Source: Candidatus Poribacteria bacterium
Lineage (GTDB): Bacteria > Poribacteria > WGA-4E > PCPOR2b
NCBI GenBank assembly: GCA_965218095.1
Contig: OZ244587.1
Coordinates: forward strand, 6,144,001 to 6,208,000
Direction of reading: 5' to 3'
Length of the DNA stretch: 64,000 nucleotides
Part shown: positions 10,432 through 20,370 of the stretch, one piece after another
How the letters are laid out: each line of letters begins with the position of its first letter
Position numbering within the stretch: the stretch's first letter is position 1
Program-made: the position numbers and the translations under genes
Notes under the pieces: model-generated
What the model saw: the letters and a program-made list of their open reading frames with translations, nothing else
What the model was told of the DNA's origin: nothing
The model's database searches: none

Positions 10432-12063
10432 TTATCGGACCTCTATTTCCAGTTGCTGGTTTTGGAGGGCTGTACGTTCTGTCCTGCGGAATGTGACATC
10501 AACGGGGGTCTGGGGATATTCGATCCCATCTCCTGCGAGCAGTTCCTCAATCGTCCGAATCTGAATCTTTGGATACGTCCTGTGAGTGACGTGAAGCCAT
10601 TGAAAGCGACCCGCCGTCGCTGCTTCCTTAACCATCAGCTGGGTTGGCAGGCTCAGCGTGATAAAGACGCCGATCACAGCGCCCTGACTATCGACAACCG
10701 ATTTCAGTTCCCGTATGTCCTTGACAGAGACCTTCCCACTTTTTACCTGAACGACAATCTTCTGGGTCAGCGTCTTTTTCGGGTTGTCTGGATCAACGTC
10801 CTGATAATAGATTACCCCATCCACGCCTTCGTCCGCTCCCTTCTTTTTGCCCTGATAAGGTCTTGCCCGAATCAGACTTAACGCCCACCACTGGAATTGA
10901 TACCGATCCTGATTGGCTAAAGCCCTCGCGCTCGCCTCATCTTTTGGCTCACCGATGACTTCGTATTTCACATCGTCACCGAAGGCATCAGCGAGACGGT
11001 ATTTCAATAAGGCGATGGCAAGGTGTGTGATGTCAATACCAATCCATCGGCGGTTAAGCCGCTGAGCAACAGCGATAGCCGTTCCGCAACCGCAGAAGGC
11101 GTCCAATACAACATCGCCTTCATCGCTACTGGCTTCAATAATTCGCTCAAGCAATGCTTCAGGTTTTTGGGTAGGGTAGCCAAGCCGTTCTTTCCCTGCG
11201 TGTTTCAGGGATGGTATATTCAGCCAAATATCACCAATGGGTCTACCCTGTGACTCATCTACGTATTGTTTTAATCTCGGATAGCCTGTACTAGAGTAGT
11301 AAATCTTATCCTGTCTATCCAGTTCAGCCATTTTTTCTTTGGTAAATAACCACGTCCTTGTATGACCATTCCACTTATACGTTAAGTTCGGGCGGTCTTT
11401 GTTATAATTAGTCAAGTTCTGTGAAGCGAATCTGCGTCCCGTTCCTTCCTCAATATGAGGAAAACGTTTCTCAATTTCGCCTTCAGCATAAGGCTCAAAT
11501 TGCGAATGAAACTGAGGTCTGTTGGATTTACTGTAAAAAAAGAGAGTATCATGAATTGCACCAAACTGAAAATCCGCGTTACCATGTGCATGAGTGCGTT
11601 TCCAGATAATCTCATTCCGAAAAGTCTGGACTCCAAAAACCTGATCAAGGATAATCTTCAGATAATGCGATGCCGTGGGATCGCAATGGAGATAAAAATT
11701 CCCTGTCAGCTTCAGGACGCGGTGGAGCTCCACCAATCGTAACCCCATCATCACGAGGTACGCCATCAGGTTCGTCTCTGTGAGGAAGCCGCGAAAACTC
11801 TTGATCGTCTCAACCAGAAGGTGTGGCGCGGTCTCGACCAACTCATGATATGCTTGCTCGGTGGTTTCGCCCCAACGCCATGTATCTTCAAAGGCTTGAA
11901 TCTGTGCCTGCGACGACGAGCCATCCGTTTCGCTGAAAATCACGTTGTATGCTTGATTCGAGTTGAACGGCGGATCGATGTAAATCAGATCGACGCTTTC
12001 ATCGGGGATGTGGGTTCGTAAAATGTCCAGATTGTCGCCATAGTAGAGTTGGTTCGTATTCAC
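10432..12063 (-). CDS. N4/N6 DNA methyltransferase fused to C-terminal Mrr-like restriction-endonuclease domain
   Basis: YIDPPF, YPTQKPEALL, DAFCGCGT (beta-class order); C-terminal ADEGVDG...VQVKSG. Confidence 0.9.
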   Translation of the reverse strand: MNTNQLYYGDNLDILRTHIPDESVDLIYIDPPFNSNQAYNVIFSETDGSSSQAQIQAFEDTWRWGETTEQAYHELVETAPHLLVETIKSFRGFLTETNLMAYLVMMGLRLVELHRVLKLTGNFYLHCDPTASHYLKIILDQVFGVQTFRNEIIWKRTHAHGNADFQFGAIHDTLFFYSKSNRPQFHSQFEPYAEGEIEKRFPHIEEGTGRRFASQNLTNYNKDRPNLTYKWNGHTRTWLFTKEKMAELDRQDKIYYSSTGYPRLKQYVDESQGRPIGDIWLNIPSLKHAGKERLGYPTQKPEALLERIIEASSDEGDVVLDAFCGCGTAIAVAQRLNRRWIGIDITHLAIALLKYRLADAFGDDVKYEVIGEPKDEASARALANQDRYQFQWWALSLIRARPYQGKKKGADEGVDGVIYYQDVDPDNPKKTLTQKIVVQVKSGKVSVKDIRELKSVVDSQGAVIGVFITLSLPTQLMVKEAATAGRFQWLHVTHRTYPKIQIRTIEELLAGDGIEYPQTPVDVTFRRTERTALQNQQLEIEVR

Positions 12064-12189
12064 TGATTACCTCTTATTCCAGAAAGAAGGAGTAATCTTC
12101 AGGCTCGTCATACACGATTTTTCAAGGAAATTTGAGAGTTTCATTCTTACTACATTTCACCAGAACGGTTGTTTACAAACGACCAATTG

Positions 12190-12405
12190 TTAGACAGCAG
12201 CCACATCAATAAACGCTACTGTTGACGATGGCAACGGAACAACAAAACCATCTTCTCGCAGACCTTCGATATGAAATTGAATCGCTTCTGCAATCAATCT
12301 GCGCACTTCATCCATCGTTTCGCCTATTGCGACACAGCCGGGTAGCTCTGGCACATAGGCACTGTAACTATTCGCATCTTTTTCAAAAATAACGAGGTAT
12401 TGCAT
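12190..12405 (-). CDS. hicB: HicB-family antitoxin
   Basis: MQYLVIFEK...YSAYVPELPGCVAIGETMDEV...EAIQFHIEGL. Confidence 0.9.
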   Translation of the reverse strand: MQYLVIFEKDANSYSAYVPELPGCVAIGETMDEVRRLIAEAIQFHIEGLREDGFVVPLPSSTVAFIDVAAV

Positions 12406-12450
12406 CCCAGCCATCTTTTTCAATCAACCTAATGAGGTCTCTAACCTCAT
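12406..12450 (-). pseudogene. HicA toxin N-terminal remnant
   Basis: Minus strand reads VRDLIRLIEKDGW immediately before the hicB start; rest of hicA absent. Confidence 0.7.
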
Positions 12451-12657
12451 TGGATAGTGTTTCTCTTCATAAGCATGTATGACCGCACCCAGCGTATCAA
12501 GGAGTTCATACAAAGGATGTCCTTCATTATCACCAACTTCATCGATTAGCGCGTTCAGCCGCTCAATTGCCAGATCGTATTCGTTTTCATTGCGAATTGA
12601 AAAAAGCGGACGCACAATACGCCAGTGTGCCTGAATGTCGTCTGTAATTACGCTCAT
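12424..12657 (-). pseudogene. HigA-type antitoxin, HTH half deleted
   Basis: IRNENEYDLAI...LYELLDTLGAVIHAYEEKHYP then runs into the hicA remnant. Confidence 0.75.
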
Positions 12658-12776
12658 TTCTTCCAGTCCCCTTTGTCATATTCTGCGTGAGTCAATACAT
12701 GACGAACATAGACTTTTCCATGATTGAAATGGTTCCAGAACTCGCGCAGTGCCTTTCTGCTGATTGTAGCAGGCAT
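12654..12776 (-). pseudogene. HigB toxin with in-frame internal deletion
   Basis: MPATISRKALREFW|NHFNHGKVYVRHVLTHAEYDKGDWKK*: N- and C-terminal HigB motifs fused; ATGA overlap with higA. Confidence 0.75.
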
Positions 12777-12813
12777 CGGCTAAATCTGGCTCTAGGCGCA
12801 TAGTGGTATTATA

Positions 12814-13746
12814 TCATATCAGCCCCTCCCGTTTGGCAAGATAGGAGGACAGTGCGTAATCAACGGGCGTTGCGGTGTCAATCGTGTTATAGTCAATGTT
12901 AGATCTGCTCAATTCCAACTTGTAGTGATTAATGAAATCGTGCAAATGGCTGAGGTAGCTTTGACGAATCGCCTGCGGCGTTGCGATAATCTCTTCGTCA
13001 GTTTCGGCATCAACGAAACGCGCCACGCGCTCAAATGCAAATTCTAACTCCTGACGGTCTAAAATATGAAAAACAATCACCTCGTGTCCGTCATAACAGA
13101 GGTGTTCAAGGGCTTTCACGACCGTGTCGGGGTCATCCTCGTAGAGGTCAGAAATCAGGATAACCAATCCGCGTTTGGTGAGGCGTTCGGCGATCTGGTG
13201 GATGGGTTCCCCCATGTGCGTGAGTTTATTGGTTTTGAGACGTTCAAGTGTCAGCAAAATCGAGTGGAGATGGGCGGGGGAACTTCGGGCGGGGAGGTAT
13301 TCGTGGAGTTTTTCGTCAAAGCAGGCAAATCCGACGGCATCCCGTTGCTTTGCCATGAAATACGCGATCGAAGCGATAAGGTAGCTGGCGTATTGCAACT
13401 TCGCCAGATCGCCGGAACCGTAGGTCATTGATTCGCTTGTGTCAAGAAGGAGATAACAGTTGAGGTTCGTTTCCTCCTCAAACTGTTTGATGTAGTAGCG
13501 GTCTGTCCGTCCATAGACCTTCCAATCGATGTGTTTGGTGTCGTCTCCGGGCATGTATTGGCGATACTGCGCAAACTCCACGCTGAAGCCGTGATGGGGG
13601 CTTTTGTGGAGTCCTGAGATAAATCCTTCGACGACAAATTTTGCAATGAGCTCCAGATTTCCGATTTTGGCTAATGTGGTGGGATCTAAATAACGACGTC
13701 CTTCTTGACCCTCGCTACGTGGTACTTTATTTCGTTCAACTTGCAT
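12814..13746 (-). CDS. DUF58 protein (MoxR-associated vWA-like)
   Basis: GLHKSPHHGFSVEFAQYRQYMPGDD, IDWKVYGRTD, LDTSESM. Confidence 0.92.
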   Translation of the reverse strand: MQVERNKVPRSEGQEGRRYLDPTTLAKIGNLELIAKFVVEGFISGLHKSPHHGFSVEFAQYRQYMPGDDTKHIDWKVYGRTDRYYIKQFEEETNLNCYLLLDTSESMTYGSGDLAKLQYASYLIASIAYFMAKQRDAVGFACFDEKLHEYLPARSSPAHLHSILLTLERLKTNKLTHMGEPIHQIAERLTKRGLVILISDLYEDDPDTVVKALEHLCYDGHEVIVFHILDRQELEFAFERVARFVDAETDEEIIATPQAIRQSYLSHLHDFINHYKLELSRSNIDYNTIDTATPVDYALSSYLAKREGLI

Positions 13747-13902
13747 TGAATTTATCCTGATAGATTCACAAACGATTACGGGATGGGTGAAACCTGAGTT
13801 CAAAAATTCAGGAGTTCAATGCCCCAATGACCAGTGAACCAATGGACTGATGAACTCGTGAACCCATTTGCCGGTTCCCTTCCTTCCATTTCTTTCCTTC
13901 CA

Positions 13903-15714
13903 TCACTTCTTCTTCAAGACCATCAACGTCAGATCATCAAACTGCTCGGCTTCCCCCTGAAATTCGATGACATGATTGTAAATGCCTGTGCAAATCTCGT
14001 TGGCGCTTGCAGCGCGCAGACGTTTCGCTATCGCCTCTAAACGATCTTCTCCATACAGTTCATCGTGGATATTCAAAGTTTCTGTGACGCCATCGGTGTA
14101 GAACACGACAACATCTCCACTGCCAAGTTCAGTGATTTCCTGTTCGTATTCCGATATTTGAAGAATCATATCGTCAGGAAACATGCCTAACATCACACCG
14201 CCCTTTTCCAAGTACTTACAGCGTCCATCGCTCCGGATCGCCAGCGGGTAGTTATGTCCCGCGTTGATTGATGTCAGTCGATCTGTTTCCGGCTGTAACT
14301 GGGCATAGAAGAAAGTTGCAAATTTACCAACTGTACTGCTCGCATAAAGCAGCGAGTTGAGTGTCACAGCCATACTTGGCAGATCTCTTTGTCTCGACAC
14401 CTCTGATAGCAAACCCGCCCGTAATGTCGCCATGAGCAGCGCGGCTTGCATGCCTTTGCCGGAGACGTCGGCAATCGCAAACCCCCATGAACCATCCGAC
14501 TTCTGAATGTAATCGTAGTAATCTCCTCCAACACCACCGCGGGGCTGGTAACGCCCCGCCACCTCATAGCCGGGGATTTCTGGCAGGGTGTCAGGAATCA
14601 GATTTTTTTGGATTTTTGCTGCTTCTTCCATTTCCGCTTGTAATCGACGCCCCTCAAGCGCCTCCTGGTAAAGCTGCACATTTTCGATCGCCACGCCAGC
14701 TTGATTGGCAAAGGCTTCGAGCAAAACGCCATCTTCACTGGTAAAGTCCAGGGTAACACCACCTCTTCCTTCCTTATCGGCGACAACTAACACCCCCAGC
14801 GTACTTTCACGTCCGCGCATGGGCACAGCCATGAGGTTTCTTCTGCCAAACAGTGTGGCTGTTTCTTCATCATTGCAGATTAATGTGTTGCCTTGCAGCC
14901 CCACTTCAGCAAGCATGGATAGCGCCGGAGGCACGTCTTGATCCGTTTTCAGGGGAACCGATAGGTTTTCCAGTTCAGGATCGAATTTTGGATCAAGGGT
15001 GAACAGGTTTTTCATCTCAAGCCGTTGTATGAATGGATTAATGAGCATCAGCCCACCCGTACCAGCATCTAAAAGGGTGACCGCATGGTTCACCACTTCT
15101 TCTTGTACAACCTCCGCATCCAGCAGCTTGCAAATCTGGGTGGCGGCGTCAGAAAGCATGAAAAGGCGAAACTTCTCAGCGCGAGTCTCATCCAGCAGGC
15201 GTGAATAAGCAATTGCAATTGAGATCTGGTTGGCTAGCACATTTAATAACTCTCGGTTCCAATCTTCTATCGCCCCCTTCGTCAAAAAACGTCCGAGGCT
15301 GATAACACCCAGGAATTCATCACGTATCTTTAAGGGCGCCCAGACATTCGCGCCGAGTGCTTCCAACTGGGGTTGGATTTGATTCAAAAACGGCTCCAGG
15401 GACGGCGGAGGGCTGGACAGATCAATAATCGAAAACCGAAGCAGTGTGGCAATCTCATCGGGAGCTACCGGAATGATCAGCGATTCATCATTGATATTAA
15501 TCGATGATTCGATTGCAAGGTAATTCCTGGTTGGGTGAAAGAGCAGAATCGCGCATTTGGTCACTTGCAATGTGCCGTGGATCATCCGCAGATACGTCCT
15601 GCTCGATACTTTAAAGTTGCCGTGTCCAGAGATAATTGTTTCACCAAGTATTTCAAGCTCAGACAGGCTAAAAATCAGCCGTTGTATTGTCTCTTCAGCA
15701 GAAACCGATTGCAT
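13903..15714 (-). CDS. GAF-GAF-PP2C (SpoIIE/RsbU-like) phosphatase
   Basis: Two GAF-like segments; VGGDYYD, DVSGKG, YTDGVTE, DDLT motifs. Confidence 0.92.
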   Translation of the reverse strand: MQSVSAEETIQRLIFSLSELEILGETIISGHGNFKVSSRTYLRMIHGTLQVTKCAILLFHPTRNYLAIESSININDESLIIPVAPDEIATLLRFSIIDLSSPPPSLEPFLNQIQPQLEALGANVWAPLKIRDEFLGVISLGRFLTKGAIEDWNRELLNVLANQISIAIAYSRLLDETRAEKFRLFMLSDAATQICKLLDAEVVQEEVVNHAVTLLDAGTGGLMLINPFIQRLEMKNLFTLDPKFDPELENLSVPLKTDQDVPPALSMLAEVGLQGNTLICNDEETATLFGRRNLMAVPMRGRESTLGVLVVADKEGRGGVTLDFTSEDGVLLEAFANQAGVAIENVQLYQEALEGRRLQAEMEEAAKIQKNLIPDTLPEIPGYEVAGRYQPRGGVGGDYYDYIQKSDGSWGFAIADVSGKGMQAALLMATLRAGLLSEVSRQRDLPSMAVTLNSLLYASSTVGKFATFFYAQLQPETDRLTSINAGHNYPLAIRSDGRCKYLEKGGVMLGMFPDDMILQISEYEQEITELGSGDVVVFYTDGVTETLNIHDELYGEDRLEAIAKRLRAASANEICTGIYNHVIEFQGEAEQFDDLTLMVLKKK

Positions 15715-15797
15715 CTCTTAACCTCTGATAGGCTTATGAGTTTATGATAACTCAATTCTTGAAACAATTTTTCAGTATTAAACTTTACATTCTGTTT

Positions 15798-15881
15798 GTA
15801 GTCGCGCAAACATTGCGCGTTTGGTACGGCGATGAATCGCTCCGATAGATCGGGATCTCGCTACACTGGAGGCCTTACTAC
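15798..15881. repeat. GTAG-type REP doublet with nested mini-element (15841-15873)
   Basis: GTAGTCGCGCAAACATTGCGCG...GGCGATGAATCGC[insert]CTTACTAC; same family as 30376-30458. Confidence 0.8.
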
Positions 15882-15929
15882 AAACCATTACTTTCTTTTT
15901 GAAAATTACTTGAAATCACGTTTCATGGG

Positions 15930-16274
15930 TTATAAATTAGCAATTGCTGAATCCTCATCGGGAAAGATGGCTGCATGTTGAGCCAGCCCCATCATTTTGA
16001 AAGTCCGCTCGATTACAGGCGTCAAGCAGCAAAAGTGCAATACACCCCCTCGTTCTTCAAGCAACTCAATAATCTCAATCAGGATAGAAACACCGATACT
16101 GTTAATGAGTCGTGTTTTCTCAAGGTTAATGACGAGCTTGTTGTATCCTTTACGCATAAGTTCTTTTGCGGCTTCTGCAAGTTTCTCACCCATGGGGCCA
16201 TTCAGGTATCCATCGGTTTGAATAACGGCATAACTGGCTTCGGTACGGACGTTGACATTAAAAGCATTTGCCAT
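15930..16274 (-). CDS. STAS anti-anti-sigma factor (RsbV-like)
   Basis: LVINLEKTRLINSIGVSILI with phospho-acceptor Ser, FKMMGL. Confidence 0.9.
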   Translation of the reverse strand: MANAFNVNVRTEASYAVIQTDGYLNGPMGEKLAEAAKELMRKGYNKLVINLEKTRLINSIGVSILIEIIELLEERGGVLHFCCLTPVIERTFKMMGLAQHAAIFPDEDSAIANL

Positions 16275-16298
16275 TTGTTTCCTCCTTCATCAAATTTT

Positions 16299-16754
16299 TC
16301 AGGCGGTGGTTGTGTCCTCCACTTTTGAGGTCAGTTTCCTTTTGATCATTGTGATGGTTGTCCCTTTATCGCTGCTTTCGATATTCACTTCATCCATCAT
16401 ATTCTGGATAATCTCCAGGCCCCATCCCCGTTTCCGCACGCCTTCAATCATCGCTTCATCCACATTCGAGGGCTTTACCTGGTCCAGGCGAAATCCAAGC
16501 CCCCGATCTGTAATTTTTAGCTCCAACTCATCATCTTTCATGATAAACTTGATGGTAATGCGCTTGTCTTTGCTTTTGCTGTGCTCAAGAGCATTGATGC
16601 AGGTTTCGATGATAGCAAATTGAATCTCATCAATATGATTTTCTTCAAAATTCATAATTTCAGCAAGGATAGAGGCGGTTTGGGCAGCCGCTAATTCCAT
16701 ATTGGGGGCCATCGGAATAATCAGCGTCACTTCACGCCGGACTTGATCTGGCAC
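16299..16754 (-). CDS. Anti-sigma factor Ser kinase (RsbW-like)
   Basis: ETCINALEH, DRGLGF, RGWGLEII, GTTITMIK. Confidence 0.9.
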   Translation of the reverse strand: MPDQVRREVTLIIPMAPNMELAAAQTASILAEIMNFEENHIDEIQFAIIETCINALEHSKSKDKRITIKFIMKDDELELKITDRGLGFRLDQVKPSNVDEAMIEGVRKRGWGLEIIQNMMDEVNIESSDKGTTITMIKRKLTSKVEDTTTA

Positions 16755-16897
16755 TTTAATCTACCTCCTCTCGGGATGTTCAGTCTACCTGCATTTTGAA
16801 TGAATCAACGGAAAAGGGGAATCGGTGAATCAGCGAATGGGCAGATCCCGCAATATGAATGCCTCACGTTTACGGAAACGGTTGCAGCACTTCAGAT

Positions 16898-17623
16898 CTA
16901 CTCTCGTCCCGGCAGCCAGAGGGTTCGTCGTGACCTCGGTTCAATACCCACATCACTATCCGAATCATCCGCTTCTTCGAGGGCCTCCGCTTCCTCATCA
17001 AGGGCCACAAAATCTTCTGGGAATTCATCTGGATTCATTTCAAAAAGGTAATCGCCTTGTTGACTGATTTTTTCCATCGCTTTTTCGGGTGTTGTTCCCA
17101 TTTGCCTGGCGATATCGTCAATTTCTCCAACAACAAACAGTTCTCCGTCTCTGCCAAATTCAATTGGTGGTGCATCTTCGGGCGGCGGACCAACGATTCT
17201 GCGCCAATCCTGAAACTCTTTTGGGAGCTTAAACCCATGTTTTTTGGCGTGCTCAACACCACCCAAGATTAAACGTTGTGCGTATGCGAGATCGCACGGT
17301 TTGTATCTCATATTGGCATGTCTGTTCAGCACTTCGCGCTCAAACCTTCTCGGAGGCGTGTCAATGTCACCGAAACAATCTTTCAGGCCAACGCCCCACA
17401 CATCAATAAGAAAAACGCAGAACACGAGGTTCCCGTTGATCACTTTTCTCGCGATGATGACGTTTGTCATACCGTGCTCTTTCAAATCAACGTCCAGAAC
17501 ATAAGTTCCATAAATTGGAAGTTCAGCGTTCAGGACATGAAATGGTGAGAAGGTTTGAGCGCTTGATCTTTTTTTCAAAGCTTTTTTCTTCTTTTGCGCC
17601 TTTGTTCGACTTTTTCGGCTCAT
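16898..17623 (-). CDS. Conserved hypothetical protein
   Basis: RBS aaaggagg before MSRKS; FLIDVWGVGLKDCF motif; acidic tail. Confidence 0.7.
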   Translation of the reverse strand: MSRKSRTKAQKKKKALKKRSSAQTFSPFHVLNAELPIYGTYVLDVDLKEHGMTNVIIARKVINGNLVFCVFLIDVWGVGLKDCFGDIDTPPRRFEREVLNRHANMRYKPCDLAYAQRLILGGVEHAKKHGFKLPKEFQDWRRIVGPPPEDAPPIEFGRDGELFVVGEIDDIARQMGTTPEKAMEKISQQGDYLFEMNPDEFPEDFVALDEEAEALEEADDSDSDVGIEPRSRRTLWLPGRE

Positions 17624-17699
17624 TGGATCGCCTCCTTTCTGAAATGCGCAAATGAGCGAATACTCTGTCAAATAAATGTCCATGGTTGGTATGCGGGGC

Positions 17700-18361
17700 A
17701 TGAAGCGCTTCAAACTTCTGTTGTTCTGGGTCGGAAAGTCTCAAATAGGTTTGGACCCAATCAATCACAAGCGATTTCCTTGCCTCGTCCACCTCACAGC
17801 GAGCGATGCGAAAGAAGTATTCATATTTCAAACGCGCTTTCGACCACTCGCCTCGTTTCATCTGAGCGGCGAAGGCAAAAGCAAACGGATTTCCGGTTGC
17901 TATATATGGCGCCGCATCAAGCCCGGGCGAGCCGATGACATCATATGACATCATAGTCGAATCGAACAACCAACTTGCCAAGCACGTCCTCGTAATACGC
18001 TTCCCGCCAGATTCCTTGACCCCCACTTTTCCAGATAGACCACAATTGAGACAATCAGCAGATGATGGCGTAGCCGCAACGCCGTGTAGTAATTGAACAT
18101 ACGTTCTGGAAAGTCGGTAGGATAGCCCGACTCCACTTCGATGTGGATTAAGAGTTTCCGCGCATCCCCTGAGACAGTTTCAACTTCCACCAACACATCG
18201 AGAATTTTCTGTTCCCCCAATGGGAGGCCAGTAAAGGTTTCTTTGTCCGAAAACCGGGCGGTGTCGGGGTGGATGTGTTGCGCAAGTTCCGGTTGAAAAA
18301 GATTGAGGAATTCGGCGAAGAACACCTTTAAGATCGTTTTGCTGAGTTGGTCGTGATCCAT
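17700..18361 (-). pseudogene. Rpn/PD-(D/E)XK putative transposase-like protein, frameshifted and truncated
   Basis: MDHDQLSKTIL...LIHIEVES...FPERMFNYY; continues in another frame near 18026 (NPFAFAFAAQM...QTYLRL). Confidence 0.75.
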
Positions 18362-19118
18362 TCATCCCCTCTTTTGGTGCGAAAAACGGGCTGTGGGCTA
18401 ACCCCAAATCCTTTTTTTTCTTGAAGATCTTCGTCCTGGAGGTGAAGCGATATTTGAGCAGTGTCCACACCGCAAGCATTCCCTCACGCCAGAATCGCAG
18501 TTTTTTTCCGCCCTTTTTCGTGCGTGGGAAGTAGGCGATTGGCACTTCGTGGATATGATAGCTAGCCCGCAGGACCTTTGCCGTTACTTCGGGACAAAAT
18601 TCAAATCCTTCGCAGGTGAGATCTAGGCTGGTGATTAGGACTGCATCAAATGCCTTGTAACATGTTGCTTCATCGGTGATATGTATTTGGTACAGCAGAT
18701 TCACGAGCCCCGTAAGCATGCGGTTCGCAATGTAGTGTTGCAAACTTGTCTGGTTTCTTCCGTTTAGAAATCTTGAACCGTAGACCACCTGGGCGTCCCC
18801 TTTTCGCAGCAGATCAAAAATCGGCAGCAGGTCTTTCGGACGGAGTTCCAAATCTGCATCTTGAATAACAACAAAATCACCAGTGATATGCTCAAGCCCG
18901 ATCCGAATCGCAAACCCCTTACCACGATTTTCTTTGCATTGGACAATTTTCAACCACGGTTCATCATGCATCTGTTCCAAGATCTCAGATGTCCCATCGG
19001 TTGAACCGTCGTTGACGATGATGATTTCTTTGTTGATTGGTAATTCCTTAACTTCTTTAACGACCTGGCGGATCGTTGCTGCCTCATTAAACGCAGGGAT
19101 TATAACGGATAGTAACAT
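18180..19118 (-). CDS. Glycosyltransferase family 2 (DPM1-like); reading frame runs into the downstream pseudogene
   Basis: LSVIIPAFNE, VNDGSTDGT, NRGKG, QDADLE, VYGSRF. Confidence 0.92.
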   Translation of the reverse strand: MLLSVIIPAFNEAATIRQVVKEVKELPINKEIIIVNDGSTDGTSEILEQMHDEPWLKIVQCKENRGKGFAIRIGLEHITGDFVVIQDADLELRPKDLLPIFDLLRKGDAQVVYGSRFLNGRNQTSLQHYIANRMLTGLVNLLYQIHITDEATCYKAFDAVLITSLDLTCEGFEFCPEVTAKVLRASYHIHEVPIAYFPRTKKGGKKLRFWREGMLAVWTLLKYRFTSRTKIFKKKKDLGLAHSPFFAPKEGMNGSRPTQQNDLKGVLRRIPQSFSTGTCATHPPRHRPVFGQRNLYWPPIGGTENSRCVGGS

Positions 19119-19270
19119 CGATATATCTTCTTCCGCAAAACTGGTTGGCGTGAGCCTTTTCATCCGCTCAGGTGGGCAAACCGTCTGCTGTGAGCGGAAT
19201 CAGCAGATGAGTGAAAAATCTCAGTAAATATATCATTGCCACTCCATAATGTCAACTTCAAATCTGCCAA

Positions 19271-20260
19271 CTATGGTTCAAGCATTGCTTTACCTGCCTG
19301 ACCGTTAGCGAATTTCTTGAAAGCCACTTGCGCTTCAACGAGTGGGAAGTGATCGGTAATCATCCGTCCGATTGGCAATCCACGCCGATACAAATCTAGC
19401 ATCGCAGGATATTCCGAGTAGTGATAGAACCAACTCCCCATTAGGGTAATGTCCCGCCGGATTAGATCTCCGCTTGGGCTGATCGGCACATCGCCCTGCT
19501 CGCCCACGCACATGACGGTCCCCGCCTTGCCAACCAGCTTGAGGGCGAGTTTTAGCGTTTCCGCACGTCCAGCTGCTTCGATGCACTTATCCGCGAGCAT
19601 ACCGCGGGTGATCTTCGTGAGCACTTCAAGGGGATCTACTCTCTGCGGGTTAATGGTATGTGCAGCACCAACCGACTCCGCGAGAGAGAGACGATAGTCA
19701 TTGATGTCAACGACAATCACTTCTGCGCCCAGAAAGGATTGCACGATGGTGTTTCCAAGCCCGACGGGACCCGCTCCCAAAATACAAACGAAATCTCCGC
19801 CTTTTGTGTCGAGTCGCCGGCTGACATGATATGGGACCCCTAAACCATCGCCGGTCAGGAGCACACCCACGTCAAAGGGGACATCTTCAGGCAGTTTGAG
19901 ACACACATGATCTGGTGCAGCGATGCGTTCAGCATGCGTCCCCGGACAAGAGGTGCGGTTGTCGCAAAAGGTATATTGCCCTACTGCACACCATCGACAA
20001 TCGCCGCACCCCCAAGCAGCGTGGACGCCAACGCGATCGCCAACCCTGAATCGCGTTGACTTTCCGGCATCGATCACCACGCCCGTGACTTCGTGCCCAC
20101 CGTTGAATGGGTGCTGGCTGGGACCTCGGTAGACGTGCATTTCGCTGCCGCAGATGCCTGACGCCTTGATCTGGATCAACACTTTGTTCCCATCGAGCAT
20201 CGGTTCCGGGTATTCTTTGATGATAACTTTTTCGTTGCCTAAAAACTGAACACCGAGCAT
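19271..20260 (-). CDS. Zn-dependent medium-chain alcohol/polyol dehydrogenase
   Basis: GICGSE, GHE, CGDCRWC...C, GAGPVG. Confidence 0.92.
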   Translation of the reverse strand: MLGVQFLGNEKVIIKEYPEPMLDGNKVLIQIKASGICGSEMHVYRGPSQHPFNGGHEVTGVVIDAGKSTRFRVGDRVGVHAAWGCGDCRWCAVGQYTFCDNRTSCPGTHAERIAAPDHVCLKLPEDVPFDVGVLLTGDGLGVPYHVSRRLDTKGGDFVCILGAGPVGLGNTIVQSFLGAEVIVVDINDYRLSLAESVGAAHTINPQRVDPLEVLTKITRGMLADKCIEAAGRAETLKLALKLVGKAGTVMCVGEQGDVPISPSGDLIRRDITLMGSWFYHYSEYPAMLDLYRRGLPIGRMITDHFPLVEAQVAFKKFANGQAGKAMLEP

Positions 20261-20370
20261 GTTGTTTCTCCTTCATAAACTGTAACCGTCCAGGTGGTAA
20301 AACGAAAAGGAATAAACGTTTCGTAAAAGTAAAGCGATCCATTCGGATGTAGATCTTTCTTAACGGAAGG

